A stretch of DNA of 64,000 nt, taken from contig CALUCE010000005.1 of assembly GCA_943914475.1 (NCBI GenBank), positions 41,450 through 105,449 of the forward strand, in the 5' to 3' direction. The position numbers were made by a program, and so were the translations under genes. The notes under the pieces were generated by a model. It searched no databases. It saw only the letters and a list, made by a program, of their open reading frames with translations, and had not been told where the DNA came from. Shown here one piece after another: positions 20,415 to 30,221 of the stretch. Position 1 is the first letter of the stretch. Each line of letters starts with the position of its first letter. Origin of the DNA: an uncultured Anaerococcus sp. Lineage in GTDB: Bacteria; Bacillota; Clostridia; Tissierellales; Peptoniphilaceae.

Positions 20415-21332
20415 TTATATTATCTCATGACCTGCAGCCTTATAGATGTCATACCATTCTTTTCTTGAAAGCTCTATATCAGCTCCCTTTATTCCATCAA
20501 CAAGTCTTTCTGTATTTGTCGTACCAAGCACAGGATTGATATCATATGGAAGTCTTCTTATCCAAGCCACAACTATGGCATTTACCCCGACCTTGTATTT
20601 TTCAGCAAGCTCATTAAGCTTTTCATTTAGTTCTTTATAGTCATCATTTCCTATAAAAGTCCCTTCTATAAAGCCGTGTTGGAAGGGTGACCAGGCTTGG
20701 ATTTTGATATCATTTAACATACAATAATCAAAAACTTCCCCATCAGTATCAGCAGATCCTTCAAATTTTGTATTGGCAAGGGCTATATGCTCTAGGGAAA
20801 GGGCATGGACTGGTGAGAATTGCAACTGGTTAAAGACTAGCTTTTCATCAAGGCCTCTTTGTAAAAGCTCAATTCTTCTGGCAGGAAAGTTACTTACACC
20901 AAAGTTTAAGACCTTGCCTTCTTTTTTAAGGTCATTAAAGATCTCATTTACCTCCCCTTCATCCATCAACAAGTCTGGCCTATGGAGCAATAAGACATCC
21001 AGGTAGTCAGTTTTTAAGTCCTTTAGGGATTTTTCTACAGACTCTCTGATATGGTCCTTGGAAAAATCAAAGCGTCCATCTGTAATTCCACACTTGGATT
21101 GTAGGATCATGTCTTGGCGAAGAGCCTTATTTTTTTCTAAAAAATTTCCAAAAACTTCCTGACTCTTTCCCTTTCCGTAAATATCCGCATGGTCAAAAAA
21201 GTTCACCCCATGGTCAAGGGCCGTTTTGATATGCCTATCAAGGTCCTTTTCCTCCATAGAATCATATCTCATACAGCCTGCTATAACTTGGCTTACTTTT
21301 TTTCCCTCAAAATCAAAATATTTCATATCCAC
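20415..21332 (-). CDS. Aldo/keto reductase family oxidoreductase
   Basis: 305 aa with AKR blocks (GVNFFDHADIYGKGKSQEVFG, LLHRPD). Confidence 0.85.
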   Translation of the reverse strand: MDMKYFDFEGKKVSQVIAGCMRYDSMEEKDLDRHIKTALDHGVNFFDHADIYGKGKSQEVFGNFLEKNKALRQDMILQSKCGITDGRFDFSKDHIRESVEKSLKDLKTDYLDVLLLHRPDLLMDEGEVNEIFNDLKKEGKVLNFGVSNFPARRIELLQRGLDEKLVFNQLQFSPVHALSLEHIALANTKFEGSADTDGEVFDYCMLNDIKIQAWSPFQHGFIEGTFIGNDDYKELNEKLNELAEKYKVGVNAIVVAWIRRLPYDINPVLGTTNTERLVDGIKGADIELSRKEWYDIYKAAGHEII

Positions 21333-21515
21333 CTCTTTATTTATCTTTACTTCATTTTGCCTAATAAGTTCTTACCCTTCTTAAAGACTTCTTAAGAAAA
21401 TAAAAAAACAAAAATTTTCCATAATCCTATAAATTTTATAGGCAAGCTTAAAAATAAATTGACAATTCAAATATAAAAATGTTATATTTTAAATATAAAT
21501 ATAAAAGAGGCTATA

Positions 21516-22541
21516 ATGAAAAGTATAAAAAGAATTGTTTTAACCATAGCTCTTGCAGGTACAATATTTTCTTTTAACAAAATAGACTCAAGGGCAGAAA
21601 AAATTATTGTTAACCACGACCTAAGTCCAGGGGTAAATGTGAGGAGTGACAAATCCGACACAGCTGATATCCTTGGCGGCATAGACTACCAAGACATCTA
21701 TGATGTCAAGGACGAAGATGATAACTGGATTAAGATCAAATACCAGGGAAAAGATGCCTATGTAGGCAAACAATGGTTCTTTAAGCTTGAAGATTACAAG
21801 CTTATAAGAGATACCGAGCTTAAAAAGACCAGGTCAAAAAAATCCAAAAGCTTAAAAACCCTAAAAAAAGATAAGGATAAGGTTACTATCCTTGAGATAT
21901 ATTCCGATGACATGGCAAAGGTAATCTACAAGGACAGCCTGGGCTATGTAAAGCTAAGAGATATAGAACTTTATCAAGAAAAATACAAGGACCAAAAAAA
22001 AGCCAAGGAAAAGCTTAAGGAAACCAACAAAACCTTAAAAAAATATGAAGACTTTGGCAAATTTTCCGACTATAAGTGCAAGGACGGCAATTTTATAAAA
22101 ACAAGAAAAGAAGTTGACGACAATGACTACCAAGATATCCAATACATAGAGCAAAAAATTACCTATGAATATTTTGATGTCACTGGAGATGGAGCTGATA
22201 TCTATTGGTATGCAACAAACTTTTTGGGAAATCCCTATGTTTATGGAGGTAATGACCTTATAAACGGTATAGATTGTTCAGGTTTCACCCAACAAGTTTA
22301 TGGAGAATTTGGTATAGGTCTACCTAGGATTGCCCAAGACCAATACTCAGTGGGCTACAGTGTAAAGCTTGGCGAAGAAAAGGCAGGAGACCTTGTCTTT
22401 TATGGAACAAGTGCTGACCACATCACCCACGTTGCCATAGCAGATGGCAAGGGCGGTATTATCCATGCCTCTAGCCCAAAAACTGGAATTATAACTTCCT
22501 ATATAGGAAATCCCTATGGGATAAAAAGAATTATTGAATAA
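21516..22541 (+). CDS. Secreted SH3b-NlpC/P60 peptidase (paralog of 19277..20365)
   Basis: A signal peptide is followed by an SH3b domain and a lysine-rich linker. The C-terminal NlpC/P60 domain reads DCSGFTQQVYGEFGIGLP...ITHVAIADGKGGIIHA. Confidence 0.8.
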   Translation: MKSIKRIVLTIALAGTIFSFNKIDSRAEKIIVNHDLSPGVNVRSDKSDTADILGGIDYQDIYDVKDEDDNWIKIKYQGKDAYVGKQWFFKLEDYKLIRDTELKKTRSKKSKSLKTLKKDKDKVTILEIYSDDMAKVIYKDSLGYVKLRDIELYQEKYKDQKKAKEKLKETNKTLKKYEDFGKFSDYKCKDGNFIKTRKEVDDNDYQDIQYIEQKITYEYFDVTGDGADIYWYATNFLGNPYVYGGNDLINGIDCSGFTQQVYGEFGIGLPRIAQDQYSVGYSVKLGEEKAGDLVFYGTSADHITHVAIADGKGGIIHASSPKTGIITSYIGNPYGIKRIIE

Positions 22542-22550
22542 AATTTATAC

Positions 22551-22589
22551 AAGACTTATGAGCAAATACTAGCTTATAAGTCTTTTTTG
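22551..22589 (+). terminator. Rho-independent terminator
   Basis: AAGACTTATgagcaaatactagctTATAAGTCTTTTTTG. Confidence 0.7.
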
Positions 22590-22669
22590 CAAGCTAATTT
22601 ATTGCTTTATAGTAGTCACTAGTGATATAATTAAAAACACTATAAAAACCTTTTTATAAGGAGAAAATT

Positions 22670-23941
22670 ATGACAGAAACACTAAGTATATTGGAATCAG
22701 CAAGGTTACAAATCAAAAAAGCTTGCGAACTTTTAGACCTAGATGAAGGCTCCTACCAAATCTTAAAAGATCCACTAAGGGTTATAGAAACATCCCTGCC
22801 TGTAAAAATGGACGATGGATCTACCAAGGTTTTTAAGGCCTACAGGTCTAGTCACAACTGGGCTCTCGGCCCATCCAAGGGAGGGGTCAGGTTTCATGAA
22901 AATGTAAACCTAGATGAAGTAAAGGCACTTTCCATGTGGATGAGCCTTAAGGCAGGACTCTTAAATCTTCCCTATGGAGGCGGCAAGGGTGGAGTTTGCG
23001 TAAATCCCAAGGTTCTTTCAGACAGAGAAATAGAAAACTTATCAAGAGCCTATGTAAGGAGCATGCATAAGTATTTGGGAGAAAGAATCGACGTACCTGC
23101 TCCAGATGTAAATACATCTGGCAAGGTGATGGCTTATTTTTTGGATGAATATGAAAAATTAAATGGAGACAGACAAGATATTGGTACCTTTACAGGCAAA
23201 CCCCTTATCCTGGGCGGATCTCAAGGTAGAAACGAGGCAACAGGTTTTGGAGTGGTGGTTAACACCATCTATGCTTGCCAAAAACTTGGCCTGGACCTAA
23301 AAGATGCCAAGATTGGCCTCCAAGGTTTTGGAAATGTGGGTTCTTTCACCTTCAAATATCTGACAGATGCAGGAGCCAAAATCCAATACCTATCCATCCA
23401 CGATTCTACTAGTCCAAACGGCCAATCAGCCCTCTATAATGAAGAAGGTTTTTCCTACGAAGGCCTAAGAGACTACTATGAAAGTCACAGGACCCTGGTT
23501 GGTTTTCCTGATGCCGTAAAGATTTCCGACCAAGAATTCTGGTCAGAAAAATTTGATATCCTTATACCTGCAGCCATAGAAAATGCTATCACAGAAAAAA
23601 TCGCCCAAAAACTTCAAGTAAAACTTATAGTTGAAGCAGCCAACGGTCCTATAACTCCAGAGGCTGACAAAATCTTAAGAGACAAGTGTGTGCTTATCAT
23701 TCCTGATGTTTTGGCAAATTCTGGTGGAGTTTTGGTCTCCTATTATGAATGGGTCCAAAACCAATATGGCTATTATTGGGATATAAAAGAAGTACAAGAA
23801 AAACAAGAAAAAGATATGCTAAAGGCCATAGACAAGGTCTTTGAAACAGCTGAAAAGTACAAGGTATCAATCAGAGATGGAGCCTATATGGTCGCTATCA
23901 AGAGAATTGATGAAGCTATGAAACTTAGGGGCTGGTACTAA
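22670..23941 (+). CDS. gdhA: Glutamate dehydrogenase (Glu/Leu/Phe/Val dehydrogenase family)
   Basis: 423 aa with KAGLLNLPYGGGKGGV (catalytic Lys region) and an NAD(P)-binding GFGNVGS motif. Confidence 0.9.
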   Translation: MTETLSILESARLQIKKACELLDLDEGSYQILKDPLRVIETSLPVKMDDGSTKVFKAYRSSHNWALGPSKGGVRFHENVNLDEVKALSMWMSLKAGLLNLPYGGGKGGVCVNPKVLSDREIENLSRAYVRSMHKYLGERIDVPAPDVNTSGKVMAYFLDEYEKLNGDRQDIGTFTGKPLILGGSQGRNEATGFGVVVNTIYACQKLGLDLKDAKIGLQGFGNVGSFTFKYLTDAGAKIQYLSIHDSTSPNGQSALYNEEGFSYEGLRDYYESHRTLVGFPDAVKISDQEFWSEKFDILIPAAIENAITEKIAQKLQVKLIVEAANGPITPEADKILRDKCVLIIPDVLANSGGVLVSYYEWVQNQYGYYWDIKEVQEKQEKDMLKAIDKVFETAEKYKVSIRDGAYMVAIKRIDEAMKLRGWY

Positions 23942-23956
23942 AATTTACTATAAAAA

Positions 23957-24000
23957 AGGAGAGACTCCTTGGCTAAGCCATAAGGTCTCTCCTTATTTTT
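23957..24000. terminator. Bidirectional terminator
   Basis: GGAGAGAC(23958-23965)...GTCTCTCC(23985-23992) followed by TTATTTTTATT. Confidence 0.75.
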
Positions 24001-24976
24001 ATTGGTCTGATGATGAGAACATGGAAGCTATGGATGAAAAGATAGACTTAAAGAAGTCCACTATTTGGTCCCATAGGCCAGACTCTTTGGCATCTTCTGC
24101 CATTTGGTCGATTTGTTCCTTGTTATCATCGTAGATTTTTGAAGCTCCATCCTTTATTTGTCCTGCAAGCTTCTTTAGGTTTTCTTCTACTTCCTTGGAA
24201 TCTATAGCTGATGTATTTTGGTATTTTTCAAAATAGTTTACCAAAATTTGGATGTTGTTGTTGGATAGGACATCGCCCATATTTACATTATTTAGGGCAT
24301 CTTGGATATAGGCTTGGATTTGTTCCTTATCTGCCACTTGTCCATCATTGTTCTTTTTGTAGTCTGCTAGGTCTTGCTTTACATCAATGACAACTTGGTC
24401 AAGCTTGTCCTTATCAAACTTATCATCACTTTGATTGTCTTCAGAAACTTCCTTTAGGGTAGCTATCTCGTCTTGGGCTACCTTGGTTCTTTCTGTATCA
24501 ACACTTGCTCCATTTAGTTCTACAGCCTTGTAAACTCCTGCCAAGGCAGATTCTCCTGTAACTTCTACTGGAGATGCTATATTTATCTCTGCATCATTTA
24601 TACCTGCAGTTATGGCGGCGTTGGTATATTGGCCAGCTGTAACACTTTGTATTTTTTCAGGTGTTAGGATATTGATCTTTATACCTGAACCATCATCAAG
24701 TTTTTTAACTGAAACTGATGAAATCATATTTGAATCTTGGGTTGCATATCCTATATATTTTTCTAAGTCTTGTCCATTTACAGAAGCTGAATTTACTTCA
24801 TTTAAATCAAGTCCCAAGGTATTGGCTACACTTTGGATTTGATCTTGGCTTAAGGCAACCCCGTATATATAGGTGGTCTTTTCCCATGACCAATTTTGGC
24901 TAGCATGGGCCAGGGATGGTAAAAATACCACCAAGGCCATAAGCCCTGCTAGGATTTTTTTCATAAATTTTTTCAT
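23999..24976 (-). CDS. Secreted protein of unknown function (DUF1002/YpuA-like pattern)
   Basis: The signal peptide is MKKFMKKILAGLMALVVFLPSLAHA. The mature part is acidic and rich in Q/D/K repeats. The family assignment comes from memory only. Confidence 0.4.
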   Translation of the reverse strand: MKKFMKKILAGLMALVVFLPSLAHASQNWSWEKTTYIYGVALSQDQIQSVANTLGLDLNEVNSASVNGQDLEKYIGYATQDSNMISSVSVKKLDDGSGIKINILTPEKIQSVTAGQYTNAAITAGINDAEINIASPVEVTGESALAGVYKAVELNGASVDTERTKVAQDEIATLKEVSEDNQSDDKFDKDKLDQVVIDVKQDLADYKKNNDGQVADKEQIQAYIQDALNNVNMGDVLSNNNIQILVNYFEKYQNTSAIDSKEVEENLKKLAGQIKDGASKIYDDNKEQIDQMAEDAKESGLWDQIVDFFKSIFSSIASMFSSSDQ

Positions 24977-25035
24977 GTTTTACTCCTTTTTAAGGCAAAT
25001 CCTAAGAGTAAATTAACTTCTTAAAATTTCCCCTC

Positions 25036-25833
25036 TTACAAAGACTCGATAGAAGCAATGATATCTTTTAGTGCTTCTCCGTCGATTTCTTCTATTTTTC
25101 CTTGGTCTATAAGTTTGGTTATTTCAGGGTTGATTGGCATCTTGGCTACAGCAGGTATGGCAAATTTTTCTACTATCTTATCTACTGAACCTTCCCCAAA
25201 AATATTGTATTTCTTTCCTGTATCAGGTGCTACAAAGTAGGACATATTTTCAACTATACCCAAAACTTTTTTGCCCATCATTTTTGCCATGTTTAAAGAT
25301 TTTTCTACAACCATACCTACCAAGTCTTGAGGTGTGGTAACTGCAACAACCCCATCTATAGGCAAGGATTGGAAAACAGTTAGGGGAACATCTGATGTTC
25401 CTGGAGGCATATCCACTATCATATAGTCGATCTCTCCCCAATCCACATCTGTCCAAAATTGCTTTAAGATGTTGGTAACTATGGATGATCTCCAAATAAC
25501 TGGAGCTGTCTTATCTTCCAAGATTAGGTTTATGGAAACAACCTTGATACCTGTTTCGGTTTCTTGAGGTTTCATAATACCTTCTCTGGTGGCTCTGATG
25601 TTTTCATTAAGGCCAAAAGACTTTGGTATGGAAGGTCCTGTAATATCTGCATCCAAAACTGCTACCTTGTAGCCTTTTTTGCTTAACTCTGAAGCAAGGA
25701 TTGTAGATACAGAGGACTTTCCAACTCCTCCCTTACCAGACATAACTGCTATGGTCTTTCCTACTGAAGAGCCTTCTCTTAAATCTATATGAAACTTATT
25801 TAAATCAAGTTTTCTTTCTCTATTTTCGCTCAT
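25036..25833 (-). CDS. Mrp/NBP35 (ApbC) family Fe-S cluster carrier ATPase
   Basis: It has a deviant Walker A (SGKGGVGKSS) and a CxxC pair. The preferred start is the ATG at 25833 (MSENRE), preceded by AAGGAGAG. The track ORF begins 30 nt upstream. Confidence 0.8.
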   Translation of the reverse strand: MSENRERKLDLNKFHIDLREGSSVGKTIAVMSGKGGVGKSSVSTILASELSKKGYKVAVLDADITGPSIPKSFGLNENIRATREGIMKPQETETGIKVVSINLILEDKTAPVIWRSSIVTNILKQFWTDVDWGEIDYMIVDMPPGTSDVPLTVFQSLPIDGVVAVTTPQDLVGMVVEKSLNMAKMMGKKVLGIVENMSYFVAPDTGKKYNIFGEGSVDKIVEKFAIPAVAKMPINPEITKLIDQGKIEEIDGEALKDIIASIESL

Positions 25834-25962
25834 TCTTCTCTCCTTATGTTTATTTATATACATATAAGATTATATGGGTTTTCCCTGTAATTTCTAGCAA
25901 GAGTCTTTAATTTTTAGAAAAATCAAGCCTCATGTCCCCATCTTTGATTAGGGATTTTTTCC

Positions 25963-26895
25963 TCATAAAAGAATAAAGTGACTTAGAAAAATTTGACCAA
26001 GTAGTCCCATAGAAAAGCCCATTTCATTTAGGGTAGAAATTTGTCCTACAAGTCCACAAGTTCCCATACCTGAACCCAAGGGTGAATTTTCCATTTTAAA
26101 TACCAGGGTTGATACCGGGCCTAGGATTGCCCCTGTAAGGGTTGGCGGTAGCCAAATCCATGGATTTTTTATGGTGTTGGTTATCTGTAACATGGAAGTT
26201 CCAAGTCCTTGGGCAACAAAGCCTTCAAAACCATTATCCCTGTAAGAGATAACTGCAAAACCAATCATCTGACTACAACATCCTATGGTTGCAGCTCCTC
26301 CTGCAAGTCCAGAAAGACCCAACATCATGCATATGGCAGCAGATGAGATTGGAAGGGTTAGGGCAACTCCCACCAAGACGGAAACTACTATACCCATTAG
26401 GAAGGGTTGAAGTTCAGTCGCAGACATGATTACACTTCCTAAAAAACTCATAAAGTTTGCCACATAAGGTCCTACAAAATCTCCAACCAAGATTCCTACT
26501 AGGATGGTAATAGATGGAGTGATTATAATATCAAGCCTGGTAGATTTTGAAACAAGCTTACCAAACTCTACAGCAAATATAGTTGCTACATAAACTCCAA
26601 CAGGTCCTCCAAGTTCATAGGCCCCTATACCAACTATGGTTGAGGCAAAAAGAACAAGATTGGGTGCCTTTAAACTCTTTGCTATGGCTACTGCTATGGC
26701 AGCTCCTGTGGCCTGGCCTATTAGAGGCCATATTCTTTCTGACAAAAGGCTTATCTTAAATTCTGTTCCCAGAGTATTTAAGATAGTTCCAACTAATAGG
26801 GAGGCAAATAACCCAAAGGCCATGGCTCCCAAGGCATCAATAAAATAGGTTTTGGCTGATAAGTCTATACCTTTTTTCCTAAGATATTCTTTCAC
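25963..26895 (-). CDS. PTS EIIC-like integral membrane protein (PF13303-type)
   Basis: 310 aa, with MKEYLRKKGIDLSAKTYFIDALGAMAFGLFASLLVGTIL typical of that family. No EIIA/EIIB partner is adjacent. Confidence 0.45.
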   Translation of the reverse strand: MKEYLRKKGIDLSAKTYFIDALGAMAFGLFASLLVGTILNTLGTEFKISLLSERIWPLIGQATGAAIAVAIAKSLKAPNLVLFASTIVGIGAYELGGPVGVYVATIFAVEFGKLVSKSTRLDIIITPSITILVGILVGDFVGPYVANFMSFLGSVIMSATELQPFLMGIVVSVLVGVALTLPISSAAICMMLGLSGLAGGAATIGCCSQMIGFAVISYRDNGFEGFVAQGLGTSMLQITNTIKNPWIWLPPTLTGAILGPVSTLVFKMENSPLGSGMGTCGLVGQISTLNEMGFSMGLLGQIFLSHFILL

Positions 26896-26964
26896 GTCTA
26901 CTCCTTAATGAATTCATCACTTGTATTCTACCATAGGTATTATCCCTTGTTACTTACAATATTT

Positions 26965-27561
26965 TTAATTATCTATTTTCAAAAAACAGTTTATTTCATA
27001 GTCTATTCCCTGAGCCTTGCCCAATTGATTTATATAGTTTGCTATAAGTTTTTGGGCCCTGGTTTGGGCATTTATTAAAAGGCTCTTGTTATTCATTATT
27101 TCTTCTTTCATATCATCTTGGGCCTTTTTTATAGCTTGGGTCTGGTCTGCCGCACTTATCTTATTTCTATTAATCCCGTCCTGAGAAACAATATAGGAGT
27201 CTTCATTTAAAGAATCTTCGTCTATGGATATGCTTAAAACCTGGGCTGGTGGCAGGCTTATATTGACTTGGTTACCATCAAGGTTCATGGTCACATCTGC
27301 CATGTCTATGCCAAGCCTTGCAAGTCCCCTATACTCTATCCAAAACTTCCTATCATTTTCTCCAAGGTGGATCAGGCCCACTCCTGCTGGTTTTTCAGAT
27401 TTGGCAACATTGTGGTAGTAGCAATCCAGAGTCGCAAGATTACATATATTTCTTACCTGGTTTATATCTGGCTTGGTCTGAATCTTTTCTCCTCCCGTGC
27501 AGGAAGTAAAGCCTACGATAGCAAAAAGGCTTAAAATTATAAGTCTCATCCTATTTTTCAT
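26965..27561 (-). CDS. Lipoprotein, DUF4230-like
   Basis: A lipobox is present (IVGFTSC). It overlaps the upstream paralogous gene by 11 bp. Confidence 0.45.
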   Translation of the reverse strand: MKNRMRLIILSLFAIVGFTSCTGGEKIQTKPDINQVRNICNLATLDCYYHNVAKSEKPAGVGLIHLGENDRKFWIEYRGLARLGIDMADVTMNLDGNQVNISLPPAQVLSISIDEDSLNEDSYIVSQDGINRNKISAADQTQAIKKAQDDMKEEIMNNKSLLINAQTRAQKLIANYINQLGKAQGIDYEINCFLKIDN

Positions 27562-28192
27562 CGCTTACTACCTCCACTTCATAGGCCTGGTCAACTTCTT
27601 TAACCCAGGGTTCTATCAGTGCCCTTACAGTACTTAGGGCATTTTCATCAGCCATTTCCAAAAGACTTTCTTCCTTTTCTGCCCTATTTTTCAAATCTTC
27701 AAGGCAGGCCTTGTAGGCTTCATGGCTTACACTTTCTGTTTCATATCTTCTTTTTTCAAAAATATAGTCCATAGTCCCTGTATCAACTCTCAAATCTAGG
27801 ATAGAAGCTTTTGGGACTTTTAGAGAGATTTTCTTGGCTTCTTCATCTATGCCTATATCAATATTTGAAAAATCTATACCAGCTGTCACCACTCCGTCAT
27901 AGGCAACGTGGTATTTTAACCTGTCTTCTTCATCCCTTACATCTGTTACCGCATTGTAGGTATAGTCTAGGGTTTCTAGGTCATTTATCTCTATTACCTT
28001 CTCTAGTGAAGACTTGGTAATAGTAGATACCTCCCCTGGCTTAGATCTAAAGACCTTGGGGACAAAAACTTTAACTATCAAAATCACCAAAATAGCTAGC
28101 ACTAGGATTCGCCCTAGAAACTTTTTTGGCAATTTAAAGCTAGGCTTTTTTTCCTCTGCCAGCTTTTCTTTTTTCTCTTCTTTTTTATCCAA
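27551..28192 (-). CDS. N-terminally TM-anchored DUF4230-like protein
   Basis: A lysine-rich N-terminus is followed by one TM helix and a domain resembling the downstream lipoprotein (LETLDYTYNAVTDV). Confidence 0.45.
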   Translation of the reverse strand: MDKKEEKKEKLAEEKKPSFKLPKKFLGRILVLAILVILIVKVFVPKVFRSKPGEVSTITKSSLEKVIEINDLETLDYTYNAVTDVRDEEDRLKYHVAYDGVVTAGIDFSNIDIGIDEEAKKISLKVPKASILDLRVDTGTMDYIFEKRRYETESVSHEAYKACLEDLKNRAEKEESLLEMADENALSTVRALIEPWVKEVDQAYEVEVVSDEK

Positions 28193-28307
28193 TATTTTCT
28201 CCTTACTATTAGTAAATTATATAGTCTTTCTAAACATTAGATATATTATAACAAAATTTTTCAAAAAATATAAGACGAGATCTACTGACCTCGTCTTAAA
28301 AATTGTC

Positions 28308-29771
28308 TTATTTACTTGTTTCTAAAAGCTTGGCATCTTCTCTTTTTCTAATGATTGGGAAGATTAGTCCAAGTCCTACCAAGATAACTGGTGTGATTAC
28401 GTTTAGGGCAAAGGTAACCTTGTTTTCTGAATACATACCAAGGATACAGCAAGCAAGGGTTAGGATAAAGCACCAAGCTCCCCAGAACATACCTGCACCC
28501 TTTGACTTGGTAAATTTGAAGGCTCCATCGTCCATTTCATTTTTCTTCATAAAGAAGTAGGCAACAAATACCCAAAGATACCTAAGTGGCATGGTTACAG
28601 AGTTAAGTTTGGTAATTTGTTGAAGAACTGATGCGGCAGATGGTAATAAGATTTGGATAGCAAGAATTGCTCCTGATAGGATTACTACCATTTTTATACC
28701 GTTTATATAAGCACCGTATTTGTTCTTTTTAAGTAGTTTTCTTGGAATGTATTGAGAAGTGTTGTCATCTTCTAAAAGCATTCTTAAAGGTGCATCTATA
28801 GATAGTACAAGGATAGAAAGTTGTCCAATAGCATTACACAAAGCATAAAGGATTAAGAACAAGTTTCCAAGTCCATAGTATTCTCCAAGTTTTTGGAATG
28901 ACCAGTAAGCACCGTTTGCTACATAAGAATCAAAAGCTTCTGGTGAAGCGTTGAAGATTTCTGGGTCAAACATTCTTGACATAGCAACTGTTCCAAGTAG
29001 GGCTGAAATAACAACCATAGCTGCAGCAAAAATCATTGACTTAGGAAATTCCTTAGAAGAATCTCCTTCCATCTTGTTAATGTATGGAGAAATCTTTTCT
29101 ACACCACCTACAGCAAAGACCAAGATAGACAAGCTTGTTATATATTTAATATTTATGGTTGGCACAAGCTCACTCATCTTCCAGTTAAAGGATAAGTATT
29201 CATGGTTTGGATTGATAGCTGGTGCTGCAAGAGCCAAAATAATATAAAGAATACCCATAACAAACATGGTTGATCCTGCTAGGGAAGTCATTTTCTTTAA
29301 TGGATTAAGTCCTCTTGATGCAATAAATGCAAATAAGAATAAAATAACTAAGGTTACTATTTGTACATGCATAGTTTTAAAACTATCATAAGTCTCAGCG
29401 TTTTTGAAGATCATCCAGGATATAGCCTTAAGTCCACCAGAACCCTTTGATGCTATATAGGTAATGTGCACTGCCCAATAAGTCCATCCTGCATAATATG
29501 CAAGTTTTGATCCATTGGTACCTTGGATCCAGGATGTAACTCCACCACCTTCGTCCTTAAATTTAGAGCCAAGCTCTCCTACGATCATGGCATAAGGGAT
29601 AAAATAAAGGGCAAACATCAAGATCCAGGAGAATATTACCTTTGGTCCATCAAAGTAAAAATATCCATTGGTAACATTTCCAAAGCCCCAAAGAGTTGCA
29701 AATGCCATGAAAACTAAGGATTTCCATGAAATCAAGGTTTTGTCCCTAGTTTTACTAGAATCTTTTTTCAT
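28308..29771 (-). CDS. APC-superfamily amino-acid permease (YjeM / Glu:GABA antiporter-like family)
   Basis: 487 aa with 12-13 TM helices. The N-terminal block reads LISWKSLVFMAFATLWGFGNV. Confidence 0.8.
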   Translation of the reverse strand: MKKDSSKTRDKTLISWKSLVFMAFATLWGFGNVTNGYFYFDGPKVIFSWILMFALYFIPYAMIVGELGSKFKDEGGGVTSWIQGTNGSKLAYYAGWTYWAVHITYIASKGSGGLKAISWMIFKNAETYDSFKTMHVQIVTLVILFLFAFIASRGLNPLKKMTSLAGSTMFVMGILYIILALAAPAINPNHEYLSFNWKMSELVPTINIKYITSLSILVFAVGGVEKISPYINKMEGDSSKEFPKSMIFAAAMVVISALLGTVAMSRMFDPEIFNASPEAFDSYVANGAYWSFQKLGEYYGLGNLFLILYALCNAIGQLSILVLSIDAPLRMLLEDDNTSQYIPRKLLKKNKYGAYINGIKMVVILSGAILAIQILLPSAASVLQQITKLNSVTMPLRYLWVFVAYFFMKKNEMDDGAFKFTKSKGAGMFWGAWCFILTLACCILGMYSENKVTFALNVITPVILVGLGLIFPIIRKREDAKLLETSK

Positions 29772-29879
29772 TTTTCCTCCTTTGAAAACCTCTCTTTTTT
29801 ATGTTTTCATATGTTATTATAGGACATTATGCATAAAATGTATAGTATTTATTCATCGTTAAAATCCACAAAAATATTG

Positions 29880-29908
29880 TTGACATTTACATATTAACAT
29901 GCTAAAAT
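29880..29908 (+). promoter_or_regulatory. Sigma-A type promoter of the T-box leader
   Basis: TTGACA (29880-29885), a 17-bp spacer, then TAAAAT (29903-29908). Confidence 0.7.
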
Positions 29909-29914
29909 ATGGAA

Positions 29915-30165
29915 AAGCGTTGAAAAGAAGAGTAGTTATAAGCCAGGTAAGTACAGAGAGCTCCAGCAGGTGAAAGGGAGCCTTACATCCTATAACAAAT
30001 AAAGACTTTGAGCTTTGCTAAAATTAATCTATAGCAACGGGTAGGCCCGTTATAGCCAAAGAGTATGATAGTACTTAGTAAGTTATATATTGTGAAATAT
30101 ATATGAATTTGGGTGGTAACACGGACTTCGTCCCATGGGAAGAAGTGGCGTGTATTTTTTTTAAA
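29915..30165 (+). promoter_or_regulatory. T-box riboswitch leader (tRNA-sensing transcription antiterminator) with candidate specifier AAG (Lys)
   Basis: The Stem I elements are all present: a GCGTTGA K-turn (29917-29923), the AGAGTA motif (29929-29934), the AG bulge ACAGAGAG (29953-29960), and a GGTGA distal loop (29969-29973). The specifier loop AAAUA-AAG-A (codon 30002-30004) is followed by CUUUGAGC, which aligns with B. subtilis glyQS ...GAA-GGC-A-CUUCGAGC. The T-box sequence AATTTGGGTGGTAACACGG lies at 30106-30124. The terminator is ACACG(30119-30123)...CGTGT(30149-30153) followed by T8. Confidence 0.8.
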
Positions 30166-30221
30166 TATTTTTACTAAATTTTCTACTATCATCAAGAAAA
30201 AATACAACGGAGGATAAGAAA